The translations under genes were made by a program, and so were the position numbers. A DNA stretch of 60,432 nt, filler included. It is 3 parts of 3 records of this genome, joined end to end, with 100 filler letters (N's around TTAATTAATTAA, not from the genome) between each part and the next. Parts side by side here need not be neighbours in the genome. Positions count along the whole stretch, not along the records: positions 1 to 21,323 come from DRR723986_31969; positions 21,424 to 38,096 come from DRR723986_31976; 1 more part is not named here. The stretch is one strand, 5' to 3'. The notes below the pieces were generated by a model. The model was not told where the DNA came from. It saw nothing but the letters and a program-made list of their open reading frames with translations, and did no database searches. The first letter of the stretch is position 1. Each line of letters starts with the position of its first letter. Shown piece by piece: positions 20,195-30,019 of this stretch.

Positions 20195-21231
20195 TTAGTT
20201 TCCAGTAAACTCAGACCTAGGACCTCCTGGTGCTAAAACAGCACGCATAGGAGTTTTTTGGCCTTCCGTAAATAATTCCATACAATCATCGTCAGTATAA
20301 TCCATATAGTTTTCTACTAAATCTACAGATCGGCAATAAGTTACAGAACCTGGACAGCCATAATTTGGTCTGTCAGATTTTGGAGTATCAGATATAAAAT
20401 CATCTCTATTACATCTTCCATCACCCCAAATATGTCTAAGGTTTAACCAATGGCCAACTTCGTGAGTTGTAGTGCGTCCTCCATCAAAAGGAGATTGAGC
20501 AGTTCCTGTAGTACCAAAGTACTGAGGAGAGACTACGACACCATCAGTCGATGCGCTTCCACCAGGAAATTGAGCGTATCCTAAAATACCGCCACCGATA
20601 TTAGCAACCCAAATGGTTAAATGACCAGGTTGCGCAGGATAAACTGATTTTACAGCATCATTTGTTACCCATTGTGAAGTTGAATTTGCTTGTCTATCTA
20701 TAGTCGCAAGAGTAAAATTGATATCAACATCAGCGCCTCTGTCAGCATAAAGTGGGTTAACATCATTAAAATTAGTATCATTAAAATCTGCATTTAATAC
20801 AGAAATTTGAGAGTTAACTTGAGAATCACTAATATTCTGGCTGTTATTAGCATAAATTACATATACATAAACAGGAATATTTATTGTTCCTAATCTATCA
20901 CCGTCGCCACCATCGCCGCCGCCGTTATTTCCATTTCCATTAGCATTTCCAGGTCTAAGATTTTGAGCAAATTGTCAAGAGTGTTTTTCAATATTGTACA
21001 TTCTTTGGTAAAGACCAGGATTCTCGTTTAATTGATGATTTAAAATTTCCATTGAGTTACAGTTTTTCCATCTGCTACTCTGTCTGCAGTACCCGTTTCA
21101 TAAGAGTCTGTATAGACATAAAAATCGCTCATGTCAATTTGTTGGTCTTGTTCTTGTGCTTGATTTTGGTCGTCGCTACAACCAGTAAAAAGTGCTGCAA
21201 TAACAGCAACTCATAATAGGGATTTTCTCAT
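20195..21231 (-). pseudogene. Disrupted zinc metalloprotease lipoprotein (metzincin, M43/pappalysin-ulilysin-like)
   Basis: Manual translation gives MRKSLL*VAVIAALFTGC (lipobox), ...GILGYAQFPG...DGVV...GRTTTHEVGHWLNLRHIWGD...DTP...NYMDY. In-frame TGA at 21211-21213 and 20975-20977, plus a frameshift in an A-run near 21063-21067. Confidence 0.88.
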
Positions 21232-21297
21232 AAAACAATAAAAAATTAACAAAAAATAAGTAAAATAATAAGAATATTCGATGAAATGTAAATACAA

Positions 21298-21323
21298 AAA
21301 AACACCTCAATTGAGGTGTTTTT
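21298..21323. terminator. Perfect palindrome / terminator at the contig end
   Basis: AAAAACACCTCAATTGAGGTGTTTTT. Confidence 0.7.
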
Positions 21324-21423
21324 NNNNNNNNNNNNNNNNNNNNNNNNNNNNNNNNNNNNNNNNNNNNTTAATTAATTAANNNNNNNNNNNNNNNNNNNNN
21401 NNNNNNNNNNNNNNNNNNNNNNN
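21324..21423. other. Artificial contig spacer
   Basis: 44 N + TTAATTAATTAA (stops in all six frames) + 44 N. Confidence 0.98.
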
Positions 21424-21930
21424 TAAACTCAACTTTAATCTGGTAGTAGGTGCATCACCTTCAAAAAAATCGGTCTGAACCTTCGAGCCATAAGATGATA
21501 TATTTTTAATTAAGTTACTCTCTTCTAAATTATTGGGATCAAATTCAAAATTATTAAGGTAAAAATTAACTTCAGTATTAAATCTATCACTTGATTTAAT
21601 CTCTGAATAAAACATATAAAAAGGTAACAGTTGCTTGTTAACCTTTTGAGGATAATTAATGAGACTATCTATAAGTCTCATTTGATAATTTAAATGAAAT
21701 TGAGCTCTTGAAAAATAATTATAATCGCTTTCTAAGGCATTATAAACTTGTTCGATTGTGTTTGTGAATTTAAGATTGGTTTTTCTCTTTTCATTCCAAT
21801 TGTTAACCTGCAGAGCTTTCAAAATACCTATAACTACAAGGACAATTTCACCAATAGCATAGAATAGGTATTTCGAAAACTTGTTTTCGGATAAGAGAGA
21901 CTGGCGAATGCGCCTAAAAAATTTGATCAT
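21424..21930 (-). CDS. DUF6090-like membrane protein, 3' end truncated by the contig edge
   Basis: MIKFFRRIRQ...KYLFYAIGEIVLVVIGIL.ALQVNNWNE N-terminus is characteristic of this Flavobacteriaceae family. The frame runs into the Ns. Confidence 0.8.
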
Positions 21931-22023
21931 CTACTTTCTTTAGGTTGAAAGTAAATTAGGTTGATGGTGTAGCTGAGGTTGGTTAATTATATGTGTATGA
22001 AGATAATGAAATGTTACAATTAG

Positions 22024-23103
22024 TTATTGTTCGTAGATACCAATTGTCAATTCTCCCTTATCATTCATAGTTGCTCTATACATACCAGCTGTATTAAAGT
22101 CAGCGACCATATTACCATCCTTATCTACAGCAACAATACCGCCATCACCACCTAAGGCTTTTACTTTATCTAAAACGACTCTTGCAGCTTCTTTTAAGCT
22201 TAATCCTTTGTATTCCATTAATGCAGAAATATCATGAGCTACCTGAGCTCTAATAAAATACTCTCCCCAACCCGTGCTAGAAACACCGCATGTGGCATTA
22301 TTGGCATAAGTCCCAGAACCAATTATTGGTGCATCGCCAATTCTTCCCCAACGTTTGTTTGTCATGCCACCTGTTGAAGTTCCTGCAGCTATATTTCCAT
22401 TTTTATCTAGTGCAGCACAACCAACTGTTCCGTATTTTGTATTTTTTATAGCGTCATCATAGAAATTTAGATAAGCAGATTCCATATCTATATTTTTTTC
22501 TTTTTTGGCTTGTTTTTCTTTAACTCGTTTTAAACCATTAAATCTGTTTTCTGTAAAGAAATAGCTTGGTTCAACCAATTTTAATCCTTGTTCTTGCGCA
22601 AAGGTTTCAGCACCTTTACCTGATAACATTACATGTGCTGATTTTTCCATTACTGCACGAGCTAAATTTATTGGATTTCTCACAGTTGTTGTTCCTGCTG
22701 AAGCACCTGCATTCAAAGTTTTACCATCCATTATTGAAGCGTCAAGTTCGTTGGTTTCGGCATTTGTAAAAACGGCTCCTTTACCAGCATTAAATAACGG
22801 AGAGTCCTCCATTACGTTAATGGTTTTTGTTACAGCATCAAGGCTGCTTCCGCCGCTCTTTAGTATTTCATAACCAACTCTAATCGCCTCCTCGAGTTTT
22901 GCTTTATATGCGGCTTCCTTCTCTGGTGTCATATTCTTTTTAAGTATTGTGCCAGCACCACCATGAATGATAATCGCAAATTCTGCTTTTTCGGTTGCAT
23001 TATTGGTTATGTTTTCATAGTCTGATAACTCTTTATGAGTGCTTTCATTTTTACAATTAAAGCAAACTAATAGTATCAGAATAAAAGGAATTAATTTCTT
23101 CAT
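22024..23103 (-). CDS. iaaA: Isoaspartyl peptidase/L-asparaginase (Ntn hydrolase), lipoprotein
   Basis: IIHGGAG, FNAGKGAV, ELDASIMDG, autocleavage G-TVG, TSTGG, GRIGDAP, STGWGE. Confidence 0.9.
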   Translation of the reverse strand: MKKLIPFILILLVCFNCKNESTHKELSDYENITNNATEKAEFAIIIHGGAGTILKKNMTPEKEAAYKAKLEEAIRVGYEILKSGGSSLDAVTKTINVMEDSPLFNAGKGAVFTNAETNELDASIMDGKTLNAGASAGTTTVRNPINLARAVMEKSAHVMLSGKGAETFAQEQGLKLVEPSYFFTENRFNGLKRVKEKQAKKEKNIDMESAYLNFYDDAIKNTKYGTVGCAALDKNGNIAAGTSTGGMTNKRWGRIGDAPIIGSGTYANNATCGVSSTGWGEYFIRAQVAHDISALMEYKGLSLKEAARVVLDKVKALGGDGGIVAVDKDGNMVADFNTAGMYRATMNDKGELTIGIYEQ

Positions 23104-23224
23104 TTTAGATTGGTTTTTTTAAGTGCTTTAAAGTTACATTTTTAGACGAAACACTTCAAGTGAAACTGGCAAATTATTAGTAATTTTGTGCAACTATTTA
23201 ATAATTCATAAAAAACAAAGATAT

Positions 23225-24778
23225 ATGCAAGCAGTTGCTACAGATTTCGGAATAAAAGAGGCTTTACAACAATTAGGAGTAAAGGAAATCAATGATGGAT
23301 CTTCAACAGGTTCTAATAGTTTTGCTAATGGTGAATTAATAGAATCATATTCACCTGTTGATGGTCAATTAATTGGTAAAGTACGAGCTACAACAAGAGA
23401 AGATTATGATAGGGTTTTGGATGCAGCTACTAAGGCATTTTTATCTTGGAGAGATGTGCCTGCACCGCAACGTGGTGAAGTGGTTCGTCAGTTTGGTAAC
23501 AAATTGAGAGAATTAAAAGAACCTCTAGGAAAGTTGGTGTCTTACGAAATGGGTAAATCATTACAAGAAGGTTATGGTGAGGTACAAGAGATGATAGACA
23601 TTTGTGATTTTGCAGTTGGACTGTCAAGACAATTAAACGGTCAAACGATTCCGTCTGAACGCCCAGGTCATGTTATGAGAGAGCAGTGGCACCCAATAGG
23701 TGTAGTAGGTATTATTTCTGCCTTTAACTTTCCAGTAGCAGTTTGGTCATGGAACACAGCATTAGCATGGATTTGTGGTGATGTTTGTGTTTGGAAAGCA
23801 TCTGAGAAAGCACCTTTGTGTTCAATAGCTTGCCAAAATATAATCGCAGAAATTTTAAAAGAGAACAACTATCCTGAAGGTATTTCTTGTATAGTTAATG
23901 GCGATTACAAAGTGGGAGAGTATATAACTACTGATACGAGAATACCGCTTGTATCTGCTACAGGTTCTACAAGAATGGGAAGAATTGTTGGCGCAACTGT
24001 TGCTGAACGATTCGGGAAATCATTATTAGAACTAGGAGGAAATAACGCTATTATCATTACTCCAACCGCAGATTTAAAAGTAGTGGTTCCTGGCGCAGTG
24101 TTTGGTGCTGTTGGTACATGCGGACAACGTTGTACGAGCACACGTCGTTTAATTATTCATGAATCAGTTTACGATAAAGTGCGTGATGCGATTGTTGGTG
24201 CTTATAAACAATTAACAATAGGGAATCCATTAGATGAAACAAATCATATCGGACCATTAATCGATAAAGATGCTGTAAATACTTATTTATCGGCAATTGA
24301 AAAAGCAAAAGCTGAAGGTGGTAATGTGTTAGTTGAGGGCGTTGTATTAGAAGGTGAAGGCTATGAATCTGGTTGTTACGTTCAACCTGCTATTATTGAA
24401 GCTGAGAATCATTTTGAAATTGTACAGCACGAGACGTTTGCTCCTATTTTATATTTAATGAAATACTCAGGAGAGGTTGAAAATGCTATCGCATTACAAA
24501 ATGGAGTAGCTCAAGGATTATCTTCTGCTATAATGACCAATGAGATGAAAGAGGCAGAGAAATTCTTGTCTTACGCTGGTTCTGATTGTGGTATCGCAAA
24601 TGTCAACATTGGTACTTCCGGAGCTGAAATTGGTGGTGCATTCGGTGGTGAAAAGGAAACAGGAGGTGGACGTGAGTCGGGTTCTGATTCTTGGAAGATA
24701 TATATGCGCAGACAAACAAATACAATTAATTATTCAGATGAATTACCTTTAGCACAAGGAATTAAGTTTGATTTGTAG
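23225..24778 (+). CDS. Aldehyde dehydrogenase family 7 (piperideine-6-carboxylate/aminoadipate-semialdehyde dehydrogenase-like)
   Basis: PAPQRGE, GEVQEMIDICDFAVGLSRQL, SAFNFPVAV, LELGGNNA, GQRCTS, GAEIGGAFGGEKETGGGRESGSD. Confidence 0.9.
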   Translation: MQAVATDFGIKEALQQLGVKEINDGSSTGSNSFANGELIESYSPVDGQLIGKVRATTREDYDRVLDAATKAFLSWRDVPAPQRGEVVRQFGNKLRELKEPLGKLVSYEMGKSLQEGYGEVQEMIDICDFAVGLSRQLNGQTIPSERPGHVMREQWHPIGVVGIISAFNFPVAVWSWNTALAWICGDVCVWKASEKAPLCSIACQNIIAEILKENNYPEGISCIVNGDYKVGEYITTDTRIPLVSATGSTRMGRIVGATVAERFGKSLLELGGNNAIIITPTADLKVVVPGAVFGAVGTCGQRCTSTRRLIIHESVYDKVRDAIVGAYKQLTIGNPLDETNHIGPLIDKDAVNTYLSAIEKAKAEGGNVLVEGVVLEGEGYESGCYVQPAIIEAENHFEIVQHETFAPILYLMKYSGEVENAIALQNGVAQGLSSAIMTNEMKEAEKFLSYAGSDCGIANVNIGTSGAEIGGAFGGEKETGGGRESGSDSWKIYMRRQTNTINYSDELPLAQGIKFDL

Positions 24779-24805
24779 ATAAAAATTATAATTTAATATA
24801 GAAGG

Positions 24806-24833
24806 AAGCCGTTTCATATGAAACGGCTTTTTT
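24806..24833 (+). terminator. Intrinsic terminator
   Basis: AAGCCGTTTCATATGAAACGGCTTTTTT. Confidence 0.85.
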
Positions 24834-24913
24834 ATTTCAAATAAAACACGTTTAAATTTAGGTATAGTTATTGGTTATATTAAACTAATATGAGTAATTA
24901 GAGTCCTACATAT

Positions 24914-26290
24914 ATGACACAAAAGGAAATTCAACATTTATATTGGCGTGCTGGATTTGGAATTCAACCAAAGCAACTTCGTGCTCATTTGGGTAAAAGC
25001 AGATTAAACGTAGTTGAAGGTCTATTTACCACATCAAAAACCAAAACACCAATAGACATAGATTTATCTTTTTTAAAAGGGATAGACCCTTTGAAGCTTA
25101 AAAACAATCCTACACTTTCTAAACAATTAAGAGAAAAGAGCAGAAAGAAATTATTGGATTTAAATTATGCTTGGCTATATCAAATGATACATTCAAAAGA
25201 ACTATTGAGAGAACGAATGACGTTTTTTTGGGCCAATCACTTTGTATGTAAGGATAACAATGTAAAACACATACAACAGTATAATAATACACTGCGGCAG
25301 CATGCTCTTGGTAACTTTGGTGATTTCGTCAAAGCAATTTCTAAGGAAGCCGCAATGTTAAAATACCTTAACGGTAAACAAAATAGAAAGCGTAAACCTA
25401 ATGAGAATTTTGCTCGAGAACTTATGGAACTATTCACTTTAGGTGAAGGACATTATTCTGAAAAAGACATTAAAGAAAGTGCACGAACTTTCACTGGCTA
25501 TAACCACGATTTTGAGGGCAACTTTAAATTCAGAATGTTTCAACATGATAATGGTATAAAGTCATTTTTTGGTACGTCTGGAAATTTTGATGGTGATGAT
25601 ATCATTGAAATTATACTAAAACAAAAAGCATGTGCAGAGTTTATTGCAGATAAAGTCTATCGATATTTTGTCAATCCTAATCCAAATAAAAGGCACATAG
25701 AGGCTATGACCAATGTGTTTTTCAAGGATTATAATATTGAAAACTTAATGCGTTTTGTATTTATGTCTGATTGGTTTTATGATGACGTTAATATAGGATC
25801 TAAAATAAAATCACCAATTGAATTTTTGGTCGGAATAGCAAAAACCGTCCCAATAAAGTTTGAAAGAGAAAAAGACCTACTGAAAATACAGAAATTACTC
25901 GGACAAACACTGTTAGACCCGCCAAATGTAGCAGGATGGAAAGGTGATAAAGCTTGGATAGATGCAAATACCATTATGGTGCGTTTAAAGCTGCCATCGG
26001 TGATGCTAAACAATGCCATGATTTCATTAAAAGAGCATGGAGACTTTAATGATAATTTTAGAACACGGTTTTTTAAGCGAAATAAAGGGAAATTACCTTT
26101 TAAAATCTTACCTAATTGGGAAGCGTTTTCAAATAATTTTATGGCTATCGAGGCAAAAGATCTTCATTTATATCTAATTCAATCATTAATAAATAAAGGT
26201 ACAGCAGACTATTTAAAGACTTTGAGTAAAAAATCTAAACAAGATTATTGTATTCAGCTCATGTCCTTACCAGAATATCAAATGTGTTAG
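24914..26290 (+). CDS. DUF1800 family protein
   Basis: HLYWRAGFG, ERMTFFWANHF, PNENFARELMELFTLG, PPNVAGW, SLPEYQ. Confidence 0.92.
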   Translation: MTQKEIQHLYWRAGFGIQPKQLRAHLGKSRLNVVEGLFTTSKTKTPIDIDLSFLKGIDPLKLKNNPTLSKQLREKSRKKLLDLNYAWLYQMIHSKELLRERMTFFWANHFVCKDNNVKHIQQYNNTLRQHALGNFGDFVKAISKEAAMLKYLNGKQNRKRKPNENFARELMELFTLGEGHYSEKDIKESARTFTGYNHDFEGNFKFRMFQHDNGIKSFFGTSGNFDGDDIIEIILKQKACAEFIADKVYRYFVNPNPNKRHIEAMTNVFFKDYNIENLMRFVFMSDWFYDDVNIGSKIKSPIEFLVGIAKTVPIKFEREKDLLKIQKLLGQTLLDPPNVAGWKGDKAWIDANTIMVRLKLPSVMLNNAMISLKEHGDFNDNFRTRFFKRNKGKLPFKILPNWEAFSNNFMAIEAKDLHLYLIQSLINKGTADYLKTLSKKSKQDYCIQLMSLPEYQMC

Positions 26291-26292
26291 TT

Positions 26293-27480
26293 ATGGAAAG
26301 ACGAAAATTTATAAAAAATTCTGCCTTAGCTAGTAGCTTATTATTAGTGCCCAGTTTTGTAAAGGCATTTGAGTCTGTGGATATAAAACAATTAGGGTAT
26401 AAACGATTAGTTGTCATTCAATTAGACGGAGGTAATGATGGTTTAAATACTATTATACCATATAATAATGACATCTATTATAATGCAAGACCAAGACTAG
26501 CAATTACACAAAACATCATTAAGTTAAATGATGATTTAGGTTTTCATCCAAGTTTGGCTCCGCTACAATCATTATTTGACAATGGAGAGATGTCAATAAT
26601 TAACAATGTTGGCTACCCAAATCCGGTTCGGTCTCATTTTAGGTCCATGGATATTTGGCAAACGGCTAGCGGATCTGAAGAGTATTTGCAAAGCGGATGG
26701 TTAGGTCGTTACTTGGATCAACATGGGAAAAAGCCATATAATGCCATAGAGATGGATGAGCAACTAAGTTTAGCTATGAAGGGTGATCATTTTAATGGAA
26801 TTGCTACAATCGATTACAGGGTTTTATACAATACATCAAAAGATCCATATTTTAAAAATGTTCTCAATCATTATAACGATGCACATTTGAGTGAGCACAA
26901 TCTGGGTTACTTATACCAAACCATGATTGAAGCTAAATCTTCAGCCAAATACATTTACGAAAACACAAAAGTTAAACCCTCTCAACAAGACTATCCGCAG
27001 AATAAGTTTGCGAAACAGCTTAAAAGTGTAGCACAATTCATCAGCTCAGGATTAGATACAAAAATATATTATACATCATTGTCTGGTTTTGATACACACG
27101 CTAATCAACCAGATCGACAAAAGCGGTTACTCTCTCAATATGCAGAAAGTGTTGATGCTTTTGTAAAAGACTTAAAGCGTAATGAAACGTTTGAAGATAC
27201 TCTGATTTTAACTTTTTCTGAGTTCGGACGACGTGTTAAACAAAACGCAGCAAATGGTACAGATCATGGCGCTGCAAATAATGTATTTGTCATTGGTAAA
27301 AACCTTAAAAAAGGTGGTTTTTATAATAACTTAGCTAGTTTAAGCGATTTAGATAACAATGGAGATATAAAGTATGAAATTGATTTTAGAACAATCTATG
27401 CGACTATTCTTAATCAGTGGCTAGAAGTTGATGATAAAACAATACTTAATAAATCATTCAATAGACTTAATTTTATATAA
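26293..27480 (+). CDS. DUF1501 family protein with Tat-like signal
   Basis: MERRKFIK, QLDGGNDGLN, RSHFRS, GFDTHANQ, SEFGRR, GTDHG, DFR. Confidence 0.92.
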   Translation: MERRKFIKNSALASSLLLVPSFVKAFESVDIKQLGYKRLVVIQLDGGNDGLNTIIPYNNDIYYNARPRLAITQNIIKLNDDLGFHPSLAPLQSLFDNGEMSIINNVGYPNPVRSHFRSMDIWQTASGSEEYLQSGWLGRYLDQHGKKPYNAIEMDEQLSLAMKGDHFNGIATIDYRVLYNTSKDPYFKNVLNHYNDAHLSEHNLGYLYQTMIEAKSSAKYIYENTKVKPSQQDYPQNKFAKQLKSVAQFISSGLDTKIYYTSLSGFDTHANQPDRQKRLLSQYAESVDAFVKDLKRNETFEDTLILTFSEFGRRVKQNAANGTDHGAANNVFVIGKNLKKGGFYNNLASLSDLDNNGDIKYEIDFRTIYATILNQWLEVDDKTILNKSFNRLNFI

Positions 27481-27502
27481 ATTAAACCGAAGATTCCTTA
27501 CC

Positions 27503-27886
27503 ATGAATATAAAAAAGATTGTTTTAATAACATGCCTAATCCTAATGGTATCTTGTAATTCAGATGACGACAATTCAGAACCTCAGAATTGCACTGAAGT
27601 TTATATCTATGGTTTGAAGGTAACTGTAAAAGATATTGCTAACAATGCGATTTTAACTGAAGAAATAACTGTGAAGGCAACAGATGGTGCTTATGTTGAG
27701 GAGTTAATGCGTATTGAAAATTCAGACTTTTTCATTGGCGCAGGTGAACGAGAAGGAACGTATATTATTGAGATTTTATCTAATGATTATCAAACCTATA
27801 TTTCAGATCCTGTTTTGGTAGATAAGACGGCTGACGGATGCCATGTAATTACAAATGAGGTGGAATTTTTTCTAGAATCAAACTAA
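27503..27886 (+). CDS. Small lipoprotein (carboxypeptidase-regulatory-like beta sandwich)
   Basis: MNIKK...LMVSC lipobox, paired cysteines, GAGEREGTY. Confidence 0.65.
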   Translation: MNIKKIVLITCLILMVSCNSDDDNSEPQNCTEVYIYGLKVTVKDIANNAILTEEITVKATDGAYVEELMRIENSDFFIGAGEREGTYIIEILSNDYQTYISDPVLVDKTADGCHVITNEVEFFLESN

Positions 27887-27893
27887 AGCAAAA

Positions 27894-27935
27894 AACCTTG
27901 TTTCGTTGTCATGATTAATTGACTGAAACAAGGTT
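27894..27935. terminator. Hairpin between convergent genes
   Basis: AACCTTGTTTC...GAAACAAGGTT 11-bp stem. Confidence 0.6.
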
Positions 27936-28096
27936 ATTTATAATTGATTAATAGCAATACAAAAATGCATATAATTTTATCTTAAACTGCAAAAATTATG
28001 TTGAAGTGCAAAAAAAAATGTATAACGTGTAATCACTAAAAGTTAACTTCGACAAGACGCAAAAAATTACGGTAAAATTTATCAAAAAAGGACTAA

Positions 28097-29230
28097 TTAA
28101 CTGTACTTAACCTTACGTAAAATCCTAATTGTCTCTTTATAAGATTTGTAAAGTGTATCATCGTATTTTTTAATATATGGCTTCGCATATTCTAATTTAG
28201 GTAATGCATCCTCAAATCCGTTGAGGTAGCAAATTAAATAACTTGCGGCTAAGTTCTGCAGGTCTATTTCTTCTCGTTCTGCCAATAATAAATTTTTCTC
28301 TAATTTTTCGAGTATAGCATTATTTGTGTTGTAAATATGATGTAACACTTTTTTATCAAATTGAGGTGGTTCAAAAATTAAATTAGCATCAATTGTATAG
28401 TTGGCATTATTGTCAAAATGAATAGATGTCTCTTCGAGTTTATAATATTTAAATGAGTGCTGTAAACCTAGCCTAACATATTCCACAATTCTAAATGTAT
28501 CGTCTGTGTAATTAATTGATACTTCATCTAATACAGAATAAAATAAGCGAACCTGTTCGTTGATAAGTTCTATGTCTACTCTTGAGTAAAAGACTTCATC
28601 TTTTACTATTTTTTCACTACCAGACCAACACAGCACAAAGTACTCTTTAAACACTTTGTATTGTGGTTTATAATCTTGCCTTTTATTCATAAAATCAAAA
28701 ACTCCATCTAAGGTCAATTTAATATTGTTCTGTGCATGATTTTCTATTGCAGAAACAATCTTAGAATTAAGGTCCTTAATCTCAATATCAAATACTTTTG
28801 GCATACTCATACTCCCATCTCTAAAAAACACAGAGCCACCATAATACTTCCAAATATTTTTTCGTAACGACGTAATTTTTTCATTTGGCCTTATGGTAAC
28901 TAAGCCTATAACTTTATCATCTGGCAAATGTGGAAATGAAATATTTTCATATTGTACAATTGGAGGATTAGTAAGATATGCGTTGATGAGGTTTTGAATT
29001 TTACTGTCATCAAAAAAATCAACACCAATTATTTTGTTGTCTTCATCTTCAACACCAATTACTATGTAAGAATTATTTTTAGGATTGCTATTAGATAAGG
29101 CACAGATGTGTTTTAAGAATTTCGCCTTTCCTTCTTTAAAGCTAATATCAATCTTTCGTTTTTTATCATAGAAGCTATTTTCGTCATTGTGAGCGAGTAA
29201 GTTTTTAATGAGAAGACGTTTATTAATCAT
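28097..29230 (-). CDS. AlbA_2/Schlafen-like N-terminal domain protein (DUF5929-like)
   Basis: DENSFYDKK...FLKHICALSNS...YIVIGVED pattern resembles AlbA_2. No P-loop seen. Confidence 0.7.
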   Translation of the reverse strand: MINKRLLIKNLLAHNDENSFYDKKRKIDISFKEGKAKFLKHICALSNSNPKNNSYIVIGVEDEDNKIIGVDFFDDSKIQNLINAYLTNPPIVQYENISFPHLPDDKVIGLVTIRPNEKITSLRKNIWKYYGGSVFFRDGSMSMPKVFDIEIKDLNSKIVSAIENHAQNNIKLTLDGVFDFMNKRQDYKPQYKVFKEYFVLCWSGSEKIVKDEVFYSRVDIELINEQVRLFYSVLDEVSINYTDDTFRIVEYVRLGLQHSFKYYKLEETSIHFDNNANYTIDANLIFEPPQFDKKVLHHIYNTNNAILEKLEKNLLLAEREEIDLQNLAASYLICYLNGFEDALPKLEYAKPYIKKYDDTLYKSYKETIRILRKVKYS

Positions 29231-29254
29231 ATAATCCCTCTATGACATTTACAT

Positions 29255-30007
29255 TTAATTATCTTTCTTTAAGGTAGTAGAGTTGGCTTGTGCTGTTGGA
29301 AAAACTAATACATCTGCTAAATTAACGTGAGCTGGTCTGGTCACAGCGAAATAGATAATTTCTGCAATATCTTCTGCTTGTAAGGCCTTATATCCTTTAT
29401 AAACATTATCTGCTGTGCTGCCTCCTTTAAAACGAACTTCAGAAAACTCAGTTTCTACTAAACCAGGGTTTATGGCGCTGACCTTTATCCCAAATGGATT
29501 TAAATCTATACGCATACCTTCAGTAATAGCTAAAACAGCATGTTTACTTGCGCAGTATACATTGCCTTTAGGATATACTTCCTTGCCTGCTGATGATCCA
29601 ATATTAATAATATGTCCAGATTGTCTCTCTGTCATATTTGGTATAATAGCCTTACTTACATAGAGCAATCCTTTTACATTAATATCCATCATATCATCCC
29701 AATCATCTAAACTACCTGTTTGAATTGGATCTAAGCCATGTGCGTTGCCTGCATTATTAATTAATATATCAATATTTTGAAACTCAGCAGGAAGATTTGC
29801 GATAGCACTAATTGTTTTTTCTCTATCTCTAACATCAAAATTTAAGGTGTGTACATCGGTTTCTCTAGACAGCGCTTTTTCTATACTATCTAAGCGCTGT
29901 TGTCTACGACCACATAAAACTAAATTAATACCATGTTTAGCAAATTCATGAGCCGTTGCTCTACCAATTCCACTTGTTGCACCTGTGATTAATGCTGTTT
30001 TTTTCAT
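29255..30007 (-). CDS. NADP-dependent SDR oxidoreductase (YdfG-like)
   Basis: TGATSGIG, NNAG, YCASK, PGLVETEFS. Confidence 0.92.
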   Translation of the reverse strand: MKKTALITGATSGIGRATAHEFAKHGINLVLCGRRQQRLDSIEKALSRETDVHTLNFDVRDREKTISAIANLPAEFQNIDILINNAGNAHGLDPIQTGSLDDWDDMMDINVKGLLYVSKAIIPNMTERQSGHIINIGSSAGKEVYPKGNVYCASKHAVLAITEGMRIDLNPFGIKVSAINPGLVETEFSEVRFKGGSTADNVYKGYKALQAEDIAEIIYFAVTRPAHVNLADVLVFPTAQANSTTLKKDN

Positions 30008-30019
30008 TTCATCTATGTT

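Noticed and set aside
20195-21231. TGA recoding (genetic code 4/25 or selenocysteine) to explain stops in the protease
   Set aside because: Neighbouring genes on the same contig use TGA as a normal stop (1849, 5930, 6451), and a frameshift is also needed.
21368-21379. TTAATTAATTAA as a biological motif (also at 38141-38152)
   Set aside because: It is centred in identical N runs and encodes stops in six frames, so it is a synthetic linker. ORF extensions into the Ns are artefacts.
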